From Candidatus Thorarchaeota archaeon (lineage in GTDB: Archaea > Asgardarchaeota > Heimdallarchaeia > Hodarchaeales > Hodarchaeaceae): DNA of 32,000 nucleotides. Location: NCBI GenBank assembly GCA_048882505.1, contig JBHLRO010000004.1, positions 213,723 to 245,722 on the forward strand, written 5' to 3'. Positions 8,785-18,065 of the stretch are shown here, in pieces (position 1 is the stretch's first letter; each line of letters opens with the position of its first letter). Made by a program: the position numbers and the translations under genes. The notes under the pieces are model-generated. The model was not told the origin of the DNA. It ran no database searches and saw only the letters and a list, made by a program, of their open reading frames with translations.

Positions 8785-8830
8785 CTCATAGATTGCCGCT
8801 TTCCGGATTGGGTGGAGATTTAAATTATCT

Positions 8831-9490
8831 TTGGATGTGCATTTAACCATTAAAGCCAATATCAAGGTTTATCCTCCTCAAGAAGACTCATGGTTTCTAT
8901 TAGACGTATTAACCGAAGTTCTTACAAGCCCCGAATACGAAAAAAGAACTCAGGTGGTTCTATGTGAACTAGGTATTGGAACGGGTTATATTTCATTGAA
9001 TCTAGCCCAGCGTTTCCCCAATACACGGACCATAGGGATTGATATCTCTTTTGAAGCGGCTCAGTTCGCACATGAAAATCTGAATCGTTGTCTTCCCCGG
9101 ACCCATTTTGAGATTATCTGTACCAATATCTTGGATCCATTTGTTTTTGAGAACTTCAGTCCAGATATCATATTTTTCAATCCACCATACCTGTTGACCT
9201 CACTTACAGAATTTCAGAGGCAAGGTCCATTAATTCGGAGTTGGGCCGGCGGCCCAGGAGGGATCACTGTTATTCAACAGTTTCTCGCTGGTTTGTCTCA
9301 GTTTACCTTTGGACGGGCTTTCTTTCTTACCTCAAGTCTCAACGAAAACAGGGAGATCGAGGCCCAATTTGAGAATCAATTTCGATTAAATAGAATTGCC
9401 AGTCGGATAGCCGGAAATGAGGAACTGATTTGCTACGAGGTTACCATTAAGGATATACAACTCTCAGAGTTTATCGAGAAAGTCTACTAA
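8831..9490 (+). CDS. prmC: HemK2/MTQ2-type N5-glutamine methyltransferase (release factor methylase)
   Basis: 'VYPPQEDSWFL', SAM motif 'ELGIGTG', catalytic 'FNPPY' and 'WAGGPGG'. Confidence 0.9.
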   Translation: MDVHLTIKANIKVYPPQEDSWFLLDVLTEVLTSPEYEKRTQVVLCELGIGTGYISLNLAQRFPNTRTIGIDISFEAAQFAHENLNRCLPRTHFEIICTNILDPFVFENFSPDIIFFNPPYLLTSLTEFQRQGPLIRSWAGGPGGITVIQQFLAGLSQFTFGRAFFLTSSLNENREIEAQFENQFRLNRIASRIAGNEELICYEVTIKDIQLSEFIEKVY

Positions 9491-10177
9491 CGTAGAGAGC
9501 GAGTCTGGTTGTTCTAGGTAAAGCATTAACCTGTCTGTCGATTTTGCAAGCTCAGTAAGAGGAAGGATTTTGCGTTCATCTTCTTCGCGGAATATATTGA
9601 GGACCATAACGGAAGGAATCTTCAGATCTTCAAGAGATCTATTTATGAGGCTCTTTGGGATTGGAATCGAAACCACGGGAGGCTTGCTTAATTGAAGATC
9701 CATTTGACGATATAATTCTCTTACAATTTGAAACAAATTGTCAACAATGATTATCTGCTCCGATTTCTGTCCTCCTAAATAATGTACAAACGGCGGAGCA
9801 AATTGAGCTAGGAGAATCACTTTTAATTCGGTATTTGCAATGAAAGACATAATATTTTGGATTATTACTGGATCTTCGTGTAAAATAATGACCTTTTCCG
9901 CATGTTGGAATCCGATGTTTTCATAAAGATTGCGCTTGCCATATTCATCCCTCCTTTCTTCAACCAGAACGAGTACGTCCTGTTCACGGATTTCTTCTAT
10001 CCAATCAAATTTCCGGTCCGCGATTAGAGCTACTTTTGACTGTGCACCAATTTCTATGAGTCTTTCCAAAAATGCTTCCGCAAAGATGTTACTACCAAAT
10101 ACAAAGATACTATTCTGCCTTTCTACGGCCTTCTCGGCGAATTTTCTGATTTGTCGCTTTTTAAATAGGAAGCTCAT
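9464..10177 (-). CDS. Degenerate RCK (TrkA-N + TrkA-C) domain protein
   Basis: Rossmann-like 'SIFVFGSNIFAEAFLERL...VALIAD', 'IGFQHAEKVIIL' and a C-terminal RCK_C-like 'SLINRSLEDLKIP...IFRE'. Start set at ATG 10177, which has TAGGTGA upstream (track GTG 10186). Confidence 0.7.
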   Translation of the reverse strand: MSFLFKKRQIRKFAEKAVERQNSIFVFGSNIFAEAFLERLIEIGAQSKVALIADRKFDWIEEIREQDVLVLVEERRDEYGKRNLYENIGFQHAEKVIILHEDPVIIQNIMSFIANTELKVILLAQFAPPFVHYLGGQKSEQIIIVDNLFQIVRELYRQMDLQLSKPPVVSIPIPKSLINRSLEDLKIPSVMVLNIFREEDERKILPLTELAKSTDRLMLYLEQPDSLSTLVDFLDKL

Positions 10178-10186
10178 TGGATTCAC

Positions 10187-11431
10187 CTAAGAGTTCTCTT
10201 CTCCAGAAGTCGTAAACTTAAACTGTTCCGATCCTTCGTCTTGAAGTGGAGTGGTAGCATTTGTTTCGTTATCTGGCAAATGATTCTGGATTTGGGTCTT
10301 GTCTTTGGCCTTCTTCTTTTTGGGCTGTTTTGATCCTGGTGGCAGTTCTGTGGCGACTCTATTCGCGAGCATCATGTTGTAATTACCTAAAGGATCTGCG
10401 ATATAATGGATTACGACCCTATCGCCCTGTTGAAGTCTTTCATGAGGAGGTAGGAGAGTGTTACCTCTACGAATGAGTAAAGCTGTCAATTTAGGTATGT
10501 CTGCGGTAAAATTATCCCCCGTCGACCCTATATAAGTTCGAGGAATATCGATTTCAACAGTAGTAGGATAATCAAAATCTAGGGACAAAGAAGTAACTAG
10601 AGCTTCGACAGTTACCTCCAAATCCTCCAAAATTGAAAGGTGGGGATCTTGAACAAGTTCGCTGAACACCCACGCCGGCGTATATTGAGAAAGGAGGATA
10701 ATGTCCACATCAGGTCGAATTTTGCGGATATTTGTCAAAATATTTTGATTCAGTTCTATACTTTCTGTTAAAATCATTATACGACTTGCATTCAAAAATC
10801 CAATGATTTCGTATAGATTCTCTTTCTCAAATTCCTTGAAATCTTCCACTACGTATGTATCGATTCGACCCTTCAGAGTACGAACCCAGAGAAGATCCGC
10901 ATCAGCAATTAATGAAACTTTTTCTTCATAGGCATACTGAAATACCATTTCAAACAAAAAGCGTTCTGCAGGTCTTGAAGTTCCGAAGACATACGTGACA
11001 TCGCTTTTTGTATTGATTTTGTCAGTGTATTTCGAGATAGGTGACTTGATCATCAACCGGGCCACGATTGTTGTGAGGCCGATAATCCCAGATGCCCAGC
11101 CTAGGTTTGTTGGCTGTACAACGAAACGGCTCATGCTGTCTTGTAGCTTCCATGCTAAAAATGGATCACCTGGGATTAATCCCAATACGAAAGGCAAAAC
11201 CAGGATTAGGAAAATGAGGAACAGTAAAACCCCAAGGCCAACCCAGATGTATAAAATCAGCAAATCTCGAAGAGGAATAAAATACTTGAATTCCCGAAGC
11301 GCAATTCGAACTAGGAATTTCGTATTGGCTCGCACGGTTGTAAGAATATATTTAAAAGCTCGTATATTGTCTGAGAGGGTTCTTTTTTTCACTACTTGAG
11401 TAGGCCGATCTTCCGTTACTGCCTGGGTCAA
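10187..11431 (-). CDS. Membrane protein with ~2 TM helices plus degenerate RCK_N and RCK_C domains
   Basis: Hydrophobic segments 'LLILYIWVGLGVLLFLIFLILVLPFVLGLI' and 'LGWASGIIGLTTIVARLMI'. RCK-like 'YVFGTSRPAERFL', 'IGFLNASRIMIL' and 'LLIRRGNTLLPPHERLQQGDRVVI'. Confidence 0.75.
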   Translation of the reverse strand: MTQAVTEDRPTQVVKKRTLSDNIRAFKYILTTVRANTKFLVRIALREFKYFIPLRDLLILYIWVGLGVLLFLIFLILVLPFVLGLIPGDPFLAWKLQDSMSRFVVQPTNLGWASGIIGLTTIVARLMIKSPISKYTDKINTKSDVTYVFGTSRPAERFLFEMVFQYAYEEKVSLIADADLLWVRTLKGRIDTYVVEDFKEFEKENLYEIIGFLNASRIMILTESIELNQNILTNIRKIRPDVDIILLSQYTPAWVFSELVQDPHLSILEDLEVTVEALVTSLSLDFDYPTTVEIDIPRTYIGSTGDNFTADIPKLTALLIRRGNTLLPPHERLQQGDRVVIHYIADPLGNYNMMLANRVATELPPGSKQPKKKKAKDKTQIQNHLPDNETNATTPLQDEGSEQFKFTTSGEENS

Positions 11432-11551
11432 TTATTGTCACCAGAATATAGTAAACAAATGAAAAGCTTGAAATTGAATTTCGAACGAGCGGAGGAGAAG
11501 GCTGTCAGGATTTCCTCCTTCGTAACCGCGACTTACACATTTCACTTAGGT

Positions 11552-11719
11552 CTATCTTGATGTCGGAGGGGAGGTGGTTCCCCATTCCAGTTCACGTCTT
11601 AACAAATCTCGGATTGCAGTCCGAATGGCTTCAGATCGAGAACTATAGACTCCATTCCGCACTAACTCATCGAGTCCTTCCAAATATGTATTCGGTGCTT
11701 TAAAACTGATTAATTTCAT
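11552..11719 (-). CDS. Ribbon-helix-helix (CopG/Arc/MetJ, CdrS-like) transcriptional regulator, 55 aa; missing from the ORF track
   Basis: Hand translation: MKLISFKAPNTYLEGLDELVRNGVYSSRSEAIRTAIRDLLRRELEWGTTSPPTSR*. It has the classic RHH beta-strand and the 'G.Y.SRSEAIR.AIRDLL' motif. Confidence 0.9.
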   Translation of the reverse strand: MKLISFKAPNTYLEGLDELVRNGVYSSRSEAIRTAIRDLLRRELEWGTTSPPTSR

Positions 11720-11860
11720 GATATCCACACTCGAGGAGAGATTGGCAGCTTCGATTTTACATTTAAAATGATTTAGTTGTATTACTTTTCATGCAATCTG
11801 TAAGGGAATGAGAGAATGCAGTTTGAGTCCGACGCGTGGTGAATGCACGTATAAAGTTTC

Positions 11861-11880
11861 ATATATAAAACCGTTCCTTT
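11861..11880 (-). promoter_or_regulatory. Candidate archaeal BRE/TATA for the RHH-RCK operon
   Basis: The minus strand reads AAAGGAACGG-TTTTATATAT, a purine-rich stretch followed by a TTTAWATA match, ~140 bp upstream of the RHH ATG in a divergent intergenic region. Confidence 0.4.
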
Positions 11881-12127
11881 CAACTTTCGAGGTACAGATT
11901 TTTGCCTCTCAACCCTCCTAAAATTAGTTTAACCTTGAAAATGGGCTCTTTTCCGGATTTAAAATAGAAACTAGACGATTTTGCACGGCCACAACGCATA
12001 TTACTCATATGACGGTAAATTAGGAATATTTTTCAACTGATTCCTACACCATCCTGAAACATGATTTCGAACTATAAAAAAAATCCTTAAAAAACCTAAG
12101 CTAAGTATAACATCGGTTAGGTGAAAT

Positions 12128-12532
12128 ATGTTGTCGAATTCTCTTGAGAAAATTGCTACCCAGACGACCAAAGTCAAACAGAACTTAACTCGGGCATCGG
12201 AAATTGCCAAAAAAATGCCAGATAAACTCAATAGGCTCTACCAAACCAATACAGACCTGAAAAAGGAAAAAGAAGAGTTAAGAAAGAAGAATGAAGAATT
12301 AAATCAGCAAGTTATAAAGCTGGAAGCGGACTTTTCCGCCCTGAAAACGGAATTCGACCACAAGCTAAATACAAGCGAAAACAAGATCGTTTCAGTTCAG
12401 CGTGAGCTCGAAATTACAAAAGATGACCTAAAATCTAAAATAGACCAAATTAACGCGAAGGAAGAGCGAATCAAAATCCTCGAAACTCAGAATAAGGAGT
12501 TAATGGAAAATCTTCGTCGAAGATCGGAATAA
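12128..12532 (+). CDS. Coiled-coil hypothetical protein (134 aa)
   Basis: TAGGTGAAAT SD before the ATG. Continuous heptad-pattern E/K/L-rich sequence. Confidence 0.8.
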   Translation: MLSNSLEKIATQTTKVKQNLTRASEIAKKMPDKLNRLYQTNTDLKKEKEELRKKNEELNQQVIKLEADFSALKTEFDHKLNTSENKIVSVQRELEITKDDLKSKIDQINAKEERIKILETQNKELMENLRRRSE

Positions 12533-12571
12533 CGATGGTCTTCATCCACTGACAAACTTGGAGCTGGATCA

Positions 12572-13312
12572 TTGCGAATTGCCTTCATATCTGACATTCA
12601 CGGCAATGTGGAAGCGCTAAAAACAGTTTTACAGGATATTGATGATCATGGCGGAGCTGATCTATTTTGTTGTAATGGGGATCTAGTTGGATATTATGCC
12701 CACCCACGAGAGTCGATCAGCCTAGTACGAGAAACATGCGGAAAGAGAGTAATCGTAGGAAATCATGATGAGGTGGTGAGGGTTAATGGACAGGAGGAGT
12801 TTGAGAATGAAATTGAGTGGTTTAACCATATTGCCCGTAAGGCGTTGGTATGGACAAGAAACGAACTCCTGGATACTGAGCAGATGCAGTATTTAAGGGC
12901 ACTTCCCATTCAAAAGGAGATAAATGCACAATCAAAGAAGATTTTACTGGTTCACGGAACACCTGAGGAAAAATGGGAATACTTCATCGTTTATCAGGGG
13001 CCTGGAGGACTGATGGCTGAGCAGAAAACCAGAATGCGAGGCTGGCTAAAAAAATGGGATATTGTTGTATTAGGCCATACCCACATTGCGTTCTCGTACA
13101 AGTTTCGCGGACGATACGTAATAAATCCTGGATCCGTTGGTCAGCCTAGAGACGGAGATCCTAGAGCAAGCTATGCGATTGTGGATCTAACAGACACAAA
13201 TATTAAAGCTCAACTTAAGCGAGTGGATTATTCGATTGAAAATACATGTAATTCATTGGCAAAAGTGGATTTGGACGATTATCTTTGTCAAAGGCTCTAT
13301 AACGGCAGATAA
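12572..13312 (+). CDS. Calcineurin-like metallophosphoesterase (YfcE/PPP-related family)
   Basis: Motifs 'ISDIHGN', 'GDLVGY', 'GNHD', 'VHG', 'GHTH' and 'NPGSVGQPRDGDPRASY'. Confidence 0.95.
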   Translation: MRIAFISDIHGNVEALKTVLQDIDDHGGADLFCCNGDLVGYYAHPRESISLVRETCGKRVIVGNHDEVVRVNGQEEFENEIEWFNHIARKALVWTRNELLDTEQMQYLRALPIQKEINAQSKKILLVHGTPEEKWEYFIVYQGPGGLMAEQKTRMRGWLKKWDIVVLGHTHIAFSYKFRGRYVINPGSVGQPRDGDPRASYAIVDLTDTNIKAQLKRVDYSIENTCNSLAKVDLDDYLCQRLYNGR

Positions 13313-13537
13313 TTTTGAATTGAGAGTGGAACAAGGAGATACCAGGGAAATTGGGGGATTATTTTCTAAAGAAAAGATTTAAAAATTTGAAAATTGTCCA
13401 GTTCATTGTAATAATCGAACTTTAATGCCACTTCTTACCTTTTCACCCTCTATTAATTAGAGAAGATTCTCGATAATTCTCTATATGTCATAAAAAAGGT
13501 ATTAGAGGTAGCTCTTGTCAGTATATGGTGTGAAATT

Positions 13538-15544
13538 TTGTCTGGAGAGTATAGTGCGCGAAGTATTCAAGTGCTGGAAGGTTTAGAGGCAGTTCGGCGT
13601 CGTCCTTCGATGTATATTGGAAGTGTCAGCGAAACGGGATTGCACCACCTAGTGTGGGAAATTGTGGACAATTCTGTGGACGAAGCCATGGCGGGCTATT
13701 GTACCCGTATTGTGGTCATTGTAGGACAGACTGAGGGAGGATTAGAGAGTGTCACTGTTCAGGACAACGGACGGGGCATTCCCACTGATAATCATCCCGA
13801 TTATGATATTTCGTCTCTCGAATTGGTCACTACTAGGCTGCATTCTGGAGGGAAATTCGGGGAAGAAGCTTACAAAGTTAGCGGGGGATTGCATGGTGTT
13901 GGTATAGCTGTAGTTAATGCCTTGTCGAGCTGGATGCAGGTTAAAGTAAAGAGAGACGGCAGGATTCTGATGCAGGAATACGTGAAGGGTGAAACAATCT
14001 CTCATGGCCTGATTGAGGTTGAAGAAGACTGGGAAGAAGAAACAGGAACCAGAATTAGCTTTATTCCCGACCCCGATATCTTTGAAACAACCCATTTTAC
14101 CACCCAACAGATCAGGAGTAGATTAAGGGAACTCGCATTCTTGAATAAAGGACTTGAAATTTTATTAATTGACAATCGACGTTATCTCAGTGATTTAGAG
14201 GGAGCTAAACCAGCTGAACGAGATCATACGGATTCCGAACCAGAATCTAACTCTGAAAAGGCTCTTTCTGAATGGCGATATTACTACGAGGGGGGAATTA
14301 GAGCCTATGTCGAACAACTTGCGCCACAGAAGGTACATGAAGATATACCATACTTTGATGAAACTATTGAAACTACACAAGTCGAAGTTGCCTTGGCATA
14401 TGATCGCTCCGAACGTGATCTCGTCTATACATTCACTAATAATATAAATACCAAACACGGCGGAACCCACCTATCAGGGTTTAAAGCAGGATTGACCCGG
14501 GCGATTAATGCATATGTTCAGAAGAACGAGCAGTTGATAAGGAATACACGGCTTAAGAAGGAACTTAGAGATAAAAGATCGATTTTTAGCGGAAATGACG
14601 TAAGGGAAGGTTTGGTTGCGGTCGTTTCTGTGAAAGTTATTAATCCTCAATTCGAAGGTCAAACCAAAAGTAAACTTGGAAATTCAGAAGTTAAAGGCGT
14701 GGTCGAACGTGGGACATATGAGAATATCCTACGATTCCTCGATGAACATCCGGTCGATGGACGGGAAATTATTCAGAAATGTGAGGAAGCGGCCTCGATT
14801 CGTATGAAATATCGTCAGCTTCGTGAGGCAATCAAGAAGACTCAGGCGAAGGGAACCGGAAAGCTAATAGATTGTTCGGAAACGGATCCTATTAGGCGCG
14901 AGCTTTTTCTCGTGGAGGGTGATTCTGCTGGAGGAAGTGCAATAGAGGGCCGCTTTAGTGAATTTCAGGCAATTCTACCGCTTCGAGGAAAGGTTATAAA
15001 TGTCGAAAAGGCTCGATTGGAGAAGGCAATGAAAAACAAGGAGATTCTTGAAATCATAAGGGCTGTCGGCGCTGGTTACAAAGAGAATTTCCAGATTGAA
15101 AATGTACGGTACCATAAGATTGTCTTACTGATGGATGCTGATGTTGATGGGCATCATATTGTGTGTCTGCTGTTAACCTTCTTTTTTCGATATATGCCCG
15201 AGTTGATTGACGAAGGTTACCTTTATATTGCGCAGCCTCCGCTCTACAGAATCAAAAAGGGCAACCAAGAAACTTATGTCTTGTCTGATCAAGAAAAAGA
15301 TGAAATCCAACAACAATGGGGAGGTAAGACTGAAGTTAGTCGGTTTAAAGGATTGGGAGAAATGAATCCTCTTCAATTACGAGAGACCGTTTTGGATCCT
15401 GCGAACAGGATTCTCCTCCAAGTCACACGAGATAATTTGATTGAAGCTGAACAGATGTTCGTAACACTTATGGGACTTGAAGTTTCGCCCCGACGTAAAT
15501 TTATAACAAGTCACGCCCTCGAAGTTGAGAGTTTGGATATATAG
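13538..15544 (+). CDS. gyrB: DNA gyrase subunit B
   Basis: GHKL motifs 'EIVDNSVDE', 'DNGRGIP', 'GGKF' and 'GGLHGVG'. Toprim 'EGDSAGG', 'PLRGK' and 'DADVDG'. Typical C-terminus 'RRKFI...LDI'. Confidence 0.97.
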   Translation: MSGEYSARSIQVLEGLEAVRRRPSMYIGSVSETGLHHLVWEIVDNSVDEAMAGYCTRIVVIVGQTEGGLESVTVQDNGRGIPTDNHPDYDISSLELVTTRLHSGGKFGEEAYKVSGGLHGVGIAVVNALSSWMQVKVKRDGRILMQEYVKGETISHGLIEVEEDWEEETGTRISFIPDPDIFETTHFTTQQIRSRLRELAFLNKGLEILLIDNRRYLSDLEGAKPAERDHTDSEPESNSEKALSEWRYYYEGGIRAYVEQLAPQKVHEDIPYFDETIETTQVEVALAYDRSERDLVYTFTNNINTKHGGTHLSGFKAGLTRAINAYVQKNEQLIRNTRLKKELRDKRSIFSGNDVREGLVAVVSVKVINPQFEGQTKSKLGNSEVKGVVERGTYENILRFLDEHPVDGREIIQKCEEAASIRMKYRQLREAIKKTQAKGTGKLIDCSETDPIRRELFLVEGDSAGGSAIEGRFSEFQAILPLRGKVINVEKARLEKAMKNKEILEIIRAVGAGYKENFQIENVRYHKIVLLMDADVDGHHIVCLLLTFFFRYMPELIDEGYLYIAQPPLYRIKKGNQETYVLSDQEKDEIQQQWGGKTEVSRFKGLGEMNPLQLRETVLDPANRILLQVTRDNLIEAEQMFVTLMGLEVSPRRKFITSHALEVESLDI

Positions 15545-15565
15545 ACCGCCAGGAGTTAAGTTGAG

Positions 15566-18049
15566 ATGAGTTCCAATGTTAAAGTGGTCCCAATTGAACA
15601 AACAATGTCCAAGAGTTATCTTGAATATTCAATGTCAGTTATTACATCGCGTGCCTTGCCGCATGTTAGGGACGGATTAAAACCAGTTCATCGACGTATT
15701 CTATGGGCAGCGCATAATCTTGGATTAACCCATAATCGACCACCTCGAAAATGTGCTCGTATCTCGGGGGAAGTTCTTGGAAAATATCACCCTCATGGGG
15801 ATGCAGCCGTTTACGATGCTCTAGTACGGATGGCTCAACCTTTTTCCCTTCGATATCCATTGATTCAGGGTCAGGGAAACTTTGGAAGCATGGATGGACA
15901 GCCCGCCGCAGCCCAACGTTACACAGAGGCCAGAATGGAGGGTATTACCGAGGAAATGCTCCTAGACATTGGTAAAGAGACAGTGGACTTTGTCGATAAC
16001 TTTGATGGATTGGATAAGGAACCTGTTATCCTACCTACGCGGATTCCGAATTTATTGATAAACGGGGTCATGGGAATAGCGGTAGGTATGGCAACAACCA
16101 TGCCTCCTCATAATTTGGGCGAAGTAATCGACGGGGTACTCGCTACAATTAACAATCCAGATATTACTATTGACCAACTTATGGAATATATTCCCGGACC
16201 AGATTATCCAACCGGAGGAGTGATTCATGGAACTTCAGGGATTAAAAGGGCGTACCATAAAGGGCAGGGAACCATAATACTGAGAGCACGCTACCATACA
16301 GAGGAAAAAAAGGGAAAAACACGAATCATTATTACCGAAGTACCTTATCTTGTAAAACGGCAGGATACAATAGATAACAGAGGTTTGGTTGATATAATTC
16401 TAAGAGAAAAAGAATTAGGAAAATTGGCCGATGTGGGGAGTGTCAGGAACGAATCTAGCATTATAAACGGCACCAAAATCGTCATAACTTTGAAAAGAAA
16501 CGCTAATCTCGATATTGTCTTGAATCGACTTTTCAAATACACTCCAATGCAAACATCTTTCTCTATCCGTAATATGGTACTCGTAGATGAACTGGTAGGA
16601 GAAACAACAAGATATCGACCTAAACTTCTAAACTTGAAGGGGTTAATCACCGAATTCATCAACCACCGGTTCCAAATAGTCGAACGAAGAACGCAATACG
16701 ATCTCCGCAAGGCACGAGAAAGAGCCCATATCCTAGAGGGACGTAAAATAGTAGTGGCGAACTTAGACGAAATAATCGCCCTGATCCGCGCCTCTGAATC
16801 TGGTGCACATGCCCAAGAATCATTGAAAGAGAAATTTTTGCTTTCTGAAATACAGTCCAAAGATATTTTGGGATTACCGCTTCGTAGCTTAACCCGTTTT
16901 GACCAAGAAAAGATATTGCGAGAGTATGATGAAACTTTAAGGCAGATAAAAGAATATGAGTCAATCCTTAAAGATAAAGATCGGATCTATGAAATCATCG
17001 TTGATGAACTGAAGGAGATCAAGAAAAAGCACGGCGATCCACGTCGAACGCTAATAAGATCGGAATCGCTGGACTGGTCTGAGAAAACCGAAGAGGATTT
17101 TATAACCAAAGAAGATATAGTAATAACGCTAACAAGCAAAGGTTATATCAAATCTATACCTGCAGAAACTTATAAAGCTCAGCATCGGGGTGGCAAGGGC
17201 ATCAAGGCGATGGAAATCGCCAAGGATGATTATTTGAAAGAAATGATCGTATGTTCAACCCATGATACCCTCCTTTTTCTGACCGTGAAGGGCTTGGTTT
17301 ACACGAAACGAGGTTTTCAGATTCCAATCTCTAAACAACGAGTAACCAAAGGAGTAAATATCGCTAATGTATTAAAACTAGAACGTGATGATGAAATTAG
17401 AACAATAATCCCTGTTTCAGAATTCAATGACGGACACTACCTTATTACCGCAACCAAAATGGGAATTATCAAAAAAACTCCATTGAAGGATTATGAACGC
17501 ATAAGGTCAACGGGAATTATTGCTCAACGTCTGCGAGATAGCGACGTCATTATAGGGGCCAAAGTAACAGATGGATCGAGAGGTATAATTCTTGCAACAT
17601 TGAAGGGCAAGGCGATCCGTTTTCCAGAGGACGAGATACGTGTTGTGAAGAGAAGTAGTATAGGGGTTCTTGGAATTCGCCTAAATCAAGGCGATTATGT
17701 GGTTGATTTGGCTTTGGTCCATCCTGGTAAGACCCTCTTGACTGTGACAGAAAATGGCTATGGCAAACGCTCGGAGTTTAAACATTATAGAATAACAAAA
17801 AGGAATGGCAAGGGGGTCATCAATATGAAAACAACAAAGAGAAATGGAGATGTAATAGCGGTACGTAGCGTTGCTGAAGATGATTATCTCTTGATGGTTG
17901 CGAACGATGGTAAATTAATCCAAATTGAAATCTCAAGTATCCGAGTTATTGGGAGAGCAACCGCAGGCGTCACCTTGATGCGAGTAAAACGTGAGGAAGG
18001 AGTAAAGATTTCCTCTATTGCTATTTTATCCTCAGAGACGAACGACTAG
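15566..18049 (+). CDS. gyrA: DNA gyrase subunit A
   Basis: 'RALPHVRDGLKPVHRR', 'GKYHPHGD', catalytic 'AAQRYTEAR', an intact GyrA-box 'QHRGGKG' (17180-17200) and a beta-pinwheel CTD. The GyrA-box points to gyrase rather than topo IV. Confidence 0.97.
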   Translation: MSSNVKVVPIEQTMSKSYLEYSMSVITSRALPHVRDGLKPVHRRILWAAHNLGLTHNRPPRKCARISGEVLGKYHPHGDAAVYDALVRMAQPFSLRYPLIQGQGNFGSMDGQPAAAQRYTEARMEGITEEMLLDIGKETVDFVDNFDGLDKEPVILPTRIPNLLINGVMGIAVGMATTMPPHNLGEVIDGVLATINNPDITIDQLMEYIPGPDYPTGGVIHGTSGIKRAYHKGQGTIILRARYHTEEKKGKTRIIITEVPYLVKRQDTIDNRGLVDIILREKELGKLADVGSVRNESSIINGTKIVITLKRNANLDIVLNRLFKYTPMQTSFSIRNMVLVDELVGETTRYRPKLLNLKGLITEFINHRFQIVERRTQYDLRKARERAHILEGRKIVVANLDEIIALIRASESGAHAQESLKEKFLLSEIQSKDILGLPLRSLTRFDQEKILREYDETLRQIKEYESILKDKDRIYEIIVDELKEIKKKHGDPRRTLIRSESLDWSEKTEEDFITKEDIVITLTSKGYIKSIPAETYKAQHRGGKGIKAMEIAKDDYLKEMIVCSTHDTLLFLTVKGLVYTKRGFQIPISKQRVTKGVNIANVLKLERDDEIRTIIPVSEFNDGHYLITATKMGIIKKTPLKDYERIRSTGIIAQRLRDSDVIIGAKVTDGSRGIILATLKGKAIRFPEDEIRVVKRSSIGVLGIRLNQGDYVVDLALVHPGKTLLTVTENGYGKRSEFKHYRITKRNGKGVINMKTTKRNGDVIAVRSVAEDDYLLMVANDGKLIQIEISSIRVIGRATAGVTLMRVKREEGVKISSIAILSSETND

Positions 18050-18065
18050 GTGGAATGTACACATC

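Noticed and set aside
10187-11431. Canonical potassium channel (Kch/MthK)
   Set aside because: There is no TVGYG or GYG selectivity filter between the TM helices. Reported instead as an atypical RCK membrane protein.
13448-13462. CTCTA-TTAAT-TAGAG palindrome upstream of gyrB
   Set aside because: A 5-bp arm in AT-rich promoter DNA is expected by chance, and no second copy was found.
11720-13537. tRNA or other structured RNA in the larger intergenic gaps (11720-12127, 13313-13537)
   Set aside because: I found no cloverleaf, T-loop GTTCRA context or recognisable Rfam-like motif. The gaps look like AT-rich promoter DNA.
13538-18049. parE/parC (topo IV) instead of gyrase, or inteins in gyrA/gyrB
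   Set aside because: The GyrA-box QHRGGKG and a full CTD are present. Lengths of 668 and 827 aa leave no room for inteins.
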